A stretch of 64,000 nucleotides of DNA from a virus: the IMG/VR virus record IMGVR_UViG_3300022602_000036, positions 85,160 to 149,159 of that record. One strand, given 5' to 3'. Positions 47,569 through 55,613 of this stretch are shown piece after piece. A program made the translations under genes and the position numbers. Each line of letters begins with the position of its first letter. Positions within the stretch are counted from its first letter, which is position 1. Under the pieces are notes generated by a model. The model was not told where the DNA came from, searched no databases, and saw only the letters and a list, made by a program, of their open reading frames with translations.

Positions 47569-47587
47569 TATTTAGAAAGTAAAAACA

Positions 47588-48361
47588 ATGAAAACAGTAA
47601 TTTGCCATTTCTATAACGAAGAACATCTATTACCCTGGTGGCTAGAACATCATAAACGTATCTTTGATCATGGTATTATGATTGACTATCATAGCACTGA
47701 TCGCAGTATGGAAATCATCAGAGAGATATGCCCTAATTGGGAATTACGTTACACTCGTAATAAATTTTTTGACAGTGGACCTATTGATCAAGAAGTAATG
47801 AACATAGAAAAGGTTCTAGGTGGTTGGCGCATGGCATTAAATGTCACAGAGTTCTTATATGGTAACACTGACCATTTGCGTGACTTACCTGACCCAACAC
47901 AGTATTTTATTGGCAACTATGTGTTTGTTGACATGGAAAATCCTGAACAAGGACAAACGCTATTAGATCACAGACATCCCCTACACCAACAACGCTATTG
48001 GGGCTATGATGACTTTGCTAATACTGGTGCTCCTAGACATGGACCAATAATGAGTCGCATGAGTCGTAGCATACACAACTATCCTGTAACCTATACAGGT
48101 GGGCGTCATTGGAATGGACACGAAAAATCATTTAATGATCTGGTGATATTTTACTATGGTTGGGCTGACTTTAGTGAAGCTGGGATTAAACGTAAAGATC
48201 AAATCAAAACTAAAATCAGTGAGGGTGCTACAGTGCATCATCACTCCGCAGATGACTTTAGAAATTGGGGTCGTGCTAGGAAAGTAGACAGTAGAGATCT
48301 ACGCCCAGAGATTGCTACGATCCTAGAACACAATCGTAGAATAACTGGATCTGAGTGGTAA
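47588..48361 (+). CDS. GT2-like glycosyltransferase
   Basis: HFYNEEHLLPWWLEHH, IDYHSTD.S, LNVTEFL. Confidence 0.75.
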   Translation: MKTVICHFYNEEHLLPWWLEHHKRIFDHGIMIDYHSTDRSMEIIREICPNWELRYTRNKFFDSGPIDQEVMNIEKVLGGWRMALNVTEFLYGNTDHLRDLPDPTQYFIGNYVFVDMENPEQGQTLLDHRHPLHQQRYWGYDDFANTGAPRHGPIMSRMSRSIHNYPVTYTGGRHWNGHEKSFNDLVIFYYGWADFSEAGIKRKDQIKTKISEGATVHHHSADDFRNWGRARKVDSRDLRPEIATILEHNRRITGSEW

Positions 48362-48400
48362 GATAAATACATAAAGACAGGAATTTGTTAAAAGTTAATC

Positions 48401-51400
48401 ATGCGTTACAGTCAAATTAAAAAAGCCCTACGAGAAGCAGAGATCATTGATGAAGTATCAATGAGTCCAACCAGCCTTGAAAAATTTGCCAATAGTCCAG
48501 AAGCAGAAGGCATGCTTATGGGCATTGAATTTGAAATGTGCGTACCTAATGCATCATCAGGCGATGACGAACCTGAATGGGAATACGACTGGGACGCTAA
48601 CGAAAGTGCCTACGACATTGACGAAATTATTAACTTCTTCCGTATGGGCGAATTTAGTAACATGAGTCGCAGTGATGCTGATCGCCTACGCAGTCAGTTA
48701 TACGATGAATACCTAGAATGGCAGTACGAAGCTGCACAAAACTACGTAGACGAAAATACTACTGATGTTATTGAGAAAACTCGTGAGTATTTACAAGATG
48801 ATGCTCGTGATGCCAGCAATGATCATTACGATGAATTTGTCGCAGATGCTAAAGAAGAACTAGGCAAACTATTACCAGACGATGATGCCGCTATAGAAGA
48901 GCGTGTTCGTGCATTAACATTAGCATGGATGGATCGTTGGATAGATGAACAAATAGAAGAAGCAGATAGCCGCGCATACGATAACGCACGTGAAGCTGCT
49001 GAAGAAGAACTACGAGAAGAGTACCGTGACAACTATGCTAGCCAAACAGATTGGCTAGAGTCAATTGGCGTTGATGACATGCAGGATGCACATCGCCATT
49101 GGAACTTAGATTGGCCACACATGTATGATGCTAACTACAGCGACGAAGGTAGTGCTGACGTAGATCAAGTAGCAGATGATTTCTACGGTGCTACAGGTTA
49201 CGAAGCACGTGGTTACAGCAACTACCATGCTGCTAGCCGCAGTGACCAACAAGCAAAAGGTTATTTCATTATTGAACCAGATGGCTCAATTGATGCTGAT
49301 AGTGGTGATGCAGGCTTGGAGTTTATTAGCCCAGCAATGCCACTTAAAGACGGCATTGAAATGATCAAGCGAGTTAAACAATGGGCTAAGGCAGCTGGTT
49401 GTTACACTAACAAGTCAACTGGCCTACACATGAACATCAGTGTTCCTGGAATGACTATTGAGAATCTAGACTATGTTAAACTAGCATTGTTCCTAGGTGA
49501 CGAACACGTACTTAAAGAGTTTGGTCGTCAATACAATAGTTTCTGTAAAAGTGCAATGAAGATTGTTAAAGAAAAGATTGAACAGAATCCAGAAAATGCC
49601 ACAGCCTTATTAAACAAGATGAAAGAACATCTTGGTGCGGCTGCTAGTAAACTAATCCACAGTGGCGTTACACAAAAGTATACAAGTATTAACACCAAAG
49701 ACAAGTATGTAGAATTCCGTGGTCCTGGTGGCGATTATCTAAACGAAGACATACCTAAATTAATCAGCACTGCTCTTCGTCTAGCACAGGCTCTACGCAT
49801 TGCTACAGATGATAATGCTTACAAACAAGAATACGCTAAGAAGTTATACAAATTAGTAAGTCCAAATGAAGGTGATTGGACGGATCCTAACAATTCAGTA
49901 TCTCTATTCAGTCGCTATGCTCTAGGCGAAATTAAGAAAGATGAATTAGTCAGCAATGTACGTCAAGCACAGGTAGCTCGTAAAGAGAAGAAAGGTGAAG
50001 AACAACAGTACTGGGTTATGAACAAAGACGGTACTGGCGGCAAGCAAATGGTCTTTGCTCAAAGTACTACAGATGCTATCATCAAAGGTGGTAAGCAATT
50101 AGGCATGAAGCGTGAGGACAGTATTAGCAAACTTAAGGCCGTGCCGTTTGAACGTACTCCTCCAGGTCCAGCACCAACTAAACCAGCACCAGAATCATTG
50201 ACTGGTGGTTGGATCAATTGGATCAAAGATAAAGCACCAATAGTAGACGCAAATGAACTGTTCAGAATTGAACAAGAACTTAAAGCCGGAAATTTTAGTT
50301 ACCTAGATGATGAGAGTACACAATATCTATTAGACTATATTAATGAACTAATAGAATTCCGTAAAGAATCTAGTACACAAATCCCAGACTCAGTACCCGA
50401 AGGATGGAAAGGTTGGGTTGAAGATACCCTACCACATGTTACATTAGCAATAGCAAACGAAGTTAGAGCGAGAATTAAAGACGGCAGGGATGGTTTAGAT
50501 CAAGCGGCTAATGTTTGGATTATCCAACAAATTGACAAAGAACTACGTCGTAGACAAAGCGGTACAGCAGATAATGGTGGTGTTGTCGACAATAATGAAA
50601 CACGCTGGAAGGTTAATTCTGCAAGTGGTAGTTCAGTATATGTTGATGCTGATAGCCCACGTCAAGCCAAAGTTAAAGCAGTAGAATTGTTTGCAAGAGA
50701 ACATGGATTAAATGTTGATGCTAATGATTTAGAAGCCATTGCTACTACGCAGGATAGTGGTGCGTTACATGCTATTCCACAACAATGGCGTAACTGGGTT
50801 GATACATTACCTAATAGACGCACAGAAGTTATTGCTGACTTTAGACGCCAAATTGAACAAGGTGAACATAATCCTAGTTTAGAATCACAAGCGCAACGCG
50901 ATGCTGTGATTAGAGTTATTGATGATGAACTACGCCGTAGACAAGATGCTGGTGAAACTGGTGAAGAACAAGAATGGTCTATTAGAGATGGATTGGGTAG
51001 ATATGTAGGTACAACAAACGCAAGAACACAGGCCGAAGCACTACATATATACGGTAGTGTTAATAATGTTGATCCTAGAAACTATACAGCAACTTTAACT
51101 GATGATAATCCTCCACATGCGGGCATGTCTACTACCAGCAGAGAAGTGTTTGATAGTTTACCAGAAGGTACTAGATCTTGGCTAGAGCGTGTAGGTGAGC
51201 ATCACGATTTAGAACTACGTCAGGCTCTAGATCATCTTGCGGCAGGTAGAGGTATCGGTAGTGGACTATATAGTAATCAAGTAGCATTTGTTAAAACAGC
51301 TATTGAGACTGAACTACGCCGTCGTAGCAATAATGCTGCTGTAGAAAACGATGATACTACCAGAAATCCAGTGTTTGATACACTACCACAGCACTGGAAA

Positions 51401-51724
51401 GATTACATTGCTAATGATCTAAGTTATAGTGCAGATATGCATCTTATCAATATGTTAAGAAATCTATCGCGTGAGGATGCTGGCCGTAATCTTACTCTAA
51501 GCGATCAACAGTTAGCCTACATTAGAATTTTACTTAAACGTCAATTGCGTGCTAACGGTATTAACCCAGACGATGAATCAACTCCGTCACCAACTACTAC
51601 TTACGCAGATGATGCTGATGAGCGTGAACGTATGCGTCGTGAGCGTGAGCAGATTTCACAGGATATGGCACAACAAACAAACGAAAGTATTAAAGAACTA
51701 CGCAGACTAGCAGGATTACAATAA
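48401..51724 (+). CDS. COOH-NH2 ligase (Amidoligase_2-like) with acidic insertion and C-terminal repeats
   Basis: MGIEFE, EPDGSI, GLEFISP, TNKSTGLHMNIS, KY.SIN, YVEFRGPGG; ATAAATA upstream. Confidence 0.82.
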   Translation: MRYSQIKKALREAEIIDEVSMSPTSLEKFANSPEAEGMLMGIEFEMCVPNASSGDDEPEWEYDWDANESAYDIDEIINFFRMGEFSNMSRSDADRLRSQLYDEYLEWQYEAAQNYVDENTTDVIEKTREYLQDDARDASNDHYDEFVADAKEELGKLLPDDDAAIEERVRALTLAWMDRWIDEQIEEADSRAYDNAREAAEEELREEYRDNYASQTDWLESIGVDDMQDAHRHWNLDWPHMYDANYSDEGSADVDQVADDFYGATGYEARGYSNYHAASRSDQQAKGYFIIEPDGSIDADSGDAGLEFISPAMPLKDGIEMIKRVKQWAKAAGCYTNKSTGLHMNISVPGMTIENLDYVKLALFLGDEHVLKEFGRQYNSFCKSAMKIVKEKIEQNPENATALLNKMKEHLGAAASKLIHSGVTQKYTSINTKDKYVEFRGPGGDYLNEDIPKLISTALRLAQALRIATDDNAYKQEYAKKLYKLVSPNEGDWTDPNNSVSLFSRYALGEIKKDELVSNVRQAQVARKEKKGEEQQYWVMNKDGTGGKQMVFAQSTTDAIIKGGKQLGMKREDSISKLKAVPFERTPPGPAPTKPAPESLTGGWINWIKDKAPIVDANELFRIEQELKAGNFSYLDDESTQYLLDYINELIEFRKESSTQIPDSVPEGWKGWVEDTLPHVTLAIANEVRARIKDGRDGLDQAANVWIIQQIDKELRRRQSGTADNGGVVDNNETRWKVNSASGSSVYVDADSPRQAKVKAVELFAREHGLNVDANDLEAIATTQDSGALHAIPQQWRNWVDTLPNRRTEVIADFRRQIEQGEHNPSLESQAQRDAVIRVIDDELRRRQDAGETGEEQEWSIRDGLGRYVGTTNARTQAEALHIYGSVNNVDPRNYTATLTDDNPPHAGMSTTSREVFDSLPEGTRSWLERVGEHHDLELRQALDHLAAGRGIGSGLYSNQVAFVKTAIETELRRRSNNAAVENDDTTRNPVFDTLPQHWKDYIANDLSYSADMHLINMLRNLSREDAGRNLTLSDQQLAYIRILLKRQLRANGINPDDESTPSPTTTYADDADERERMRREREQISQDMAQQTNESIKELRRLAGLQ

Positions 51725-52329
51725 TGAATATAATTGATTTGTTTGAAGAAATGGAAGTAAACAATCTAACCCTAATTGATGCACTACGTGACTTCCTGCC
51801 GTTGGCTGTGCGTCATTTAAAACTTCCTGGTATTCCTAAAATTACTTTAGAAAAAAACATAGAAAAATCTAATGTTCCTACCTTTGGTCGCTTTACTAAC
51901 GAAGACGATCATGTATATGTAGCCATTAATAATCGCAACCCCAATGATATTCTACGTACACTAGCACACGAAATGTGCCATTTCAAACAACGTACAGAAC
52001 ATCAACTAAGTGGTGGTAGCTGGCACACAGGTAGCCCAGAAGAAAATCAAGCACACGATCAAGCTGGTATTATCATGCGTGAGTTTAACAGCAAATTTCC
52101 ACAATACCTACGTATGAAACCTATTATTTTACCTAATTCAGCACCTAGCAAGGACTTAGATGAAAACTTTGCAGATGGCAAGGGTCCGGGTCGCCCAGGT
52201 GATAGTCAACGCTATGGCATTCCAAAACATGCTACTATGTCTGAATTAGAACGAGCCAGCCACAGCAAAGGCCGTAAAGGACAGCTAGCTCGTTGGCAAC
52301 TAAATATGCGTAGAGGGCATAAAAAATGA
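51724..52329 (+). CDS. zincin metallopeptidase-like protein with basic C-terminal module
   Basis: LRTLAHEMCH (HExxH) plus downstream E.QA. Confidence 0.75.
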   Translation: MNIIDLFEEMEVNNLTLIDALRDFLPLAVRHLKLPGIPKITLEKNIEKSNVPTFGRFTNEDDHVYVAINNRNPNDILRTLAHEMCHFKQRTEHQLSGGSWHTGSPEENQAHDQAGIIMREFNSKFPQYLRMKPIILPNSAPSKDLDENFADGKGPGRPGDSQRYGIPKHATMSELERASHSKGRKGQLARWQLNMRRGHKK

Positions 52330-52874
52330 GAGCCATTGAATTTTTAACAGAAGTTAAACAACGTTTAGACGCTAAATGCTGGAAGGGCAAACACAAAGAA
52401 GGTACCAAGATCAAAGGTGGCGTTCGTGTTAATAACTGTGTACCAAATGAAAGCCTAGAACTAGAAGAAGAGTTTAATCTTATTGAGTCTATCATTGACA
52501 ATCTTGCACTACGCAATCAAGTTGATAGTGAAGTGATCTGGGAAGATTTAGAATCCTTGTCAGATGACGAGCTATATGTATTTGCTGTTACACAAGAGCC
52601 AGTGAACGAAGATTGGCAAAAGGTCAACAAGAAAGACAAAACAGATGGTATGAGTAAGAAAGCTGTTAGTGCATACCGCCGTGAACACCCTGGCAGTAAA
52701 TTAAAAACAGCCGTTACTACTAAACCTAGTAAACTAAAGAAAGGTAGCAAGGCCAGCAAGCGTCGTAAGAGCTACTGCTCACGTAGTAAAGGTCAAATGA
52801 AAATGCACAATATCAGCTGTGCTAAAACTCCAGATAAGGCAATTTGTAAAGCACGTCGTCGCTGGAACTGCTAA
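52326..52874 (+). CDS. basic Cys-containing probable internal head protein
   Basis: MRAIEFLTE; CWKG...NCVP module; PGSKLKTAVT...RRKSYCSRS...RRRWNC module. Confidence 0.7.
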   Translation: MRAIEFLTEVKQRLDAKCWKGKHKEGTKIKGGVRVNNCVPNESLELEEEFNLIESIIDNLALRNQVDSEVIWEDLESLSDDELYVFAVTQEPVNEDWQKVNKKDKTDGMSKKAVSAYRREHPGSKLKTAVTTKPSKLKKGSKASKRRKSYCSRSKGQMKMHNISCAKTPDKAICKARRRWNC

Positions 52875-52876
52875 CA

Positions 52877-53389
52877 ATGTTTCTTGCTGAATTTGGGCCG
52901 CCCAAAAACCTAGACCACTATCTTTACAAACTTTGTAAAGAACTAGTATTTGCACAAAAAGTCAAACCTGAATACTATGGTTGGGTAGCTGCAGGTATCC
53001 TAGATCCACGCAATCGTTTTATATGGGCCATTAACATTCCTGCAGGTGAAGGCGATCGTTTACATGCTGAACCAGCGGCCATGCAGAAATATCAAGCAAC
53101 CTACGGTGATATTCCAAAGGGCAGTATCTTACTTACTACGCTAAGTCCTTGCAGTGAATTTATGAATGATCGTGATGGTCCTAGCTGTACAGAGATTGTT
53201 GATAACAGTCCTATACGCAGAGTCTATTGCGGGTTCATTGATCCTACACAAGGTGAAAGTGCAGCATATCAAAACAAGCAGTTTACTTTAATTGCTACTA
53301 AAAATAAAAAAATACACGAAATGTGCAAGGGCTTTGCAGAAGAGTTTTTGGGCAGTTTAGCCGACACCCACGTTAACAAGGAAAATTAA
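52877..53389 (+). CDS. RibD-like zinc-dependent deaminase (standalone)
   Basis: HAE, TLSPC-x11-C, VYCGFIDP. Confidence 0.8.
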   Translation: MFLAEFGPPKNLDHYLYKLCKELVFAQKVKPEYYGWVAAGILDPRNRFIWAINIPAGEGDRLHAEPAAMQKYQATYGDIPKGSILLTTLSPCSEFMNDRDGPSCTEIVDNSPIRRVYCGFIDPTQGESAAYQNKQFTLIATKNKKIHEMCKGFAEEFLGSLADTHVNKEN

Positions 53390-53390
53390 C

Positions 53391-53810
53391 ATGACCAATT
53401 GGGAAACCTACGTTAAGGAATCCTATGAATTAGTTCGCAGAGCAGAATGCGAACTCACTGTTAATTTGACACACGAATTAGAAGCCTATGTAGTACACTT
53501 ATTTGCCTATTATCTAGATAAACCTTTGGTCAACACAGTGCCAGTGGGAATTAAACTACTGTCAGCCAGCAATTTGCCTGTTACCACTCGCAAGGAAGTA
53601 TTCAAATCAGTAGGAGACGAATGTCTACTAATCAACGCAATGGAATGGGGTCGTCGTCGCTGGCCCAGTGATAATTACTATGCTGACATGGGGCAAATGG
53701 CCTACTTAAATCGTGCTTACGCAGAACGCCCACCAGAAGATCTATATGATGATTTGGCATTGGAATTTCAAACTGCCACTCGTATACTCAGAAAATGTAG
53801 AGTAAATTAG
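53391..53810 (+). CDS. hypothetical helical protein
   Basis: 139 aa, AAGGA RBS; VGDECLL motif. Confidence 0.7.
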   Translation: MTNWETYVKESYELVRRAECELTVNLTHELEAYVVHLFAYYLDKPLVNTVPVGIKLLSASNLPVTTRKEVFKSVGDECLLINAMEWGRRRWPSDNYYADMGQMAYLNRAYAERPPEDLYDDLALEFQTATRILRKCRVN

Positions 53811-54925
53811 ACAATATTATTTGTTTGTATATTGTAAAACAATCTGATAAAATAATATTGTATATTAATATATTTTAACAATCTAGGTCCAAGTATCAAT
53901 GCATTTTTTCTATGATGGCTAGCATGATAAGCGTATTCTGGACAAATTAAAAATAGTTTAGGATGATCTTTTTCTGTTTGTCTGGTAGCAGACCCTGGGT
54001 GTGCTACAATTTCACCAAAGAATAAAGAATATATTTTGTTTATCCAAATTTGTAAAAATACAAAAAAGAAGTAATATTTTAATCCCAACAATGCTAATAG
54101 TATTATGTGCAGTGTTAAAAATACCTTTGTATAATTATTTTCAATGAACAAAGAAAATTTATCCAAAGACTTTAAGTAAGTTGGGTTAAGGTCGGCGACA
54201 AATGATTCAGCTAGTTTATTATTTTTATTATTAATTTTCATATTTAAAAACAAATAGACTAACCAATGATTTTCAGCTAGATTTCCCTGTACATCATCTT
54301 CCTCTTTGCGCCACTCTTTATGATGGTATAGATGTCTACAGGTCCAGTGTAGTCTAGCAGATTTAGTAGTTTCGTGCCAAAACACAACACCAATTAAACT
54401 TAGTATCATGCTTATTAATTTATTTTTAGGAGTTACGTATCTGTGTGACCATCCCATGTGCCCAACTACTACTAGACAATTACACACAATGTATGCTTCT
54501 ATCAGCGCATATCCAATCAAATCAAATTGAAAATACAAAAGGCCAGCAATAACACAGACTAACTGTAATGGAATACTGTTAATTAATTCATTAACATATT
54601 TCATTGTTTGAAAATATTTAATTTTTAGTTTTTGCTCTGTTGGCAGTGTTGTGGTATGTGATTGTAAAGATTCTAAGGTAGTTGGAAATTGATTTAAATC
54701 ATAGCAAATCAAATCAATACCACGATTTCTTAATAATTTTTGTACCAAGGCTTCATCTTCTAGTGTTAAATTAGCCCAAGTAGTAATTTTGTTAGCCGCA
54801 ATTTTATTAACTAACTCAAAATTTGGTGAATTGTCTATGTCGGAATATGATAAGATTTCTCTTTGCTCCCAGCGAGCATACTCATCAAATGGCTTTCCGC
54901 CCCAATTAGCTGTGTCTATTTGCAT
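53807..54925 (-). CDS. membrane fatty-acid desaturase-like di-iron protein
   Basis: His boxes HMGWSH, HLYHH, HASHH; TM helices; ATG 54925 7 nt after TATAAATA. Confidence 0.8.
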   Translation of the reverse strand: MQIDTANWGGKPFDEYARWEQREILSYSDIDNSPNFELVNKIAANKITTWANLTLEDEALVQKLLRNRGIDLICYDLNQFPTTLESLQSHTTTLPTEQKLKIKYFQTMKYVNELINSIPLQLVCVIAGLLYFQFDLIGYALIEAYIVCNCLVVVGHMGWSHRYVTPKNKLISMILSLIGVVFWHETTKSARLHWTCRHLYHHKEWRKEEDDVQGNLAENHWLVYLFLNMKINNKNNKLAESFVADLNPTYLKSLDKFSLFIENNYTKVFLTLHIILLALLGLKYYFFFVFLQIWINKIYSLFFGEIVAHPGSATRQTEKDHPKLFLICPEYAYHASHHRKNALILGPRLLKYINIQYYFIRLFYNIQTNNIV

Positions 54926-55006
54926 GGTTAAATATTTATAGCTAACCACTAGACATGCATATATAATTAATGTATACTTAAATTTTAAACGCAAGAGGAA
55001 TCTTAA

Positions 55007-55264
55007 ATGGCACAAATGTTTTCAAGTGAGCAAAAAGCTAAATTAACTCAAATAGTTAACGAAGGTATTGCAGTATTACAAGAAGTAGAAGATCTGACAG
55101 CAGGCTTAAATGATACTGTTAAAGCTGTTGCAGAAGAACTACAAATCAAACCAGCTATCTTAAAGAAAGCCATTAAGATTGCACAAAAAGCTAAATTTGG
55201 TGAAACTAATCAAGATCACGAAACACTACAAGACATTCTTGAAACTGTTGGCCGTACGCTTTAA
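55007..55264 (+). CDS. small dsDNA-binding protein (T4 DsbA/GapR-like)
   Basis: helical LNDTVKAVAEELQIKPAILKKAIKIAQK; upstream of polymerase. Confidence 0.6.
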   Translation: MAQMFSSEQKAKLTQIVNEGIAVLQEVEDLTAGLNDTVKAVAEELQIKPAILKKAIKIAQKAKFGETNQDHETLQDILETVGRTL

Positions 55265-55554
55265 TGCGTATAGATTGGCACGAAACTGTCAATTTTATTA
55301 AGCGAGATTGGCAGAGTAATCCTCTAAGGCTAATACTAGAAACTATAAATTGGTTATTGAATTTAACTATAGGTTTGATATTTGCATTCACGGTGCCTGA
55401 TGTTCCGTTGCTATTATGCTATAGTTTATTTTTAATTTCTATATCAACCAGTATATATACTAGTATTAGCCGTGGGAGCTTTGGGTTATTGGCCACAAGT
55501 CTTACGATTTTTACCATTGACTTAGTCACTTGGATTAAGTTATTATATAGTTAA
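55264..55554 (+). CDS. membrane protein
   Basis: three hydrophobic segments. Confidence 0.7.
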   Translation: MRIDWHETVNFIKRDWQSNPLRLILETINWLLNLTIGLIFAFTVPDVPLLLCYSLFLISISTSIYTSISRGSFGLLATSLTIFTIDLVTWIKLLYS

Positions 55555-55556
55555 AC

Positions 55557-55613
55557 GCCCATATAGGGCATGTAGAGTGTGTGTGAGCTAGAAGTCGCAC
55601 AAAAAGGAAAAAT
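55557..55613 (+). promoter_or_regulatory. two-hairpin leader before the DNA polymerase RBS
   Basis: GCCC-ATATA-GGGC and TGTGTGA...TCGCACA then AAGGA and ATG. Confidence 0.5.
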
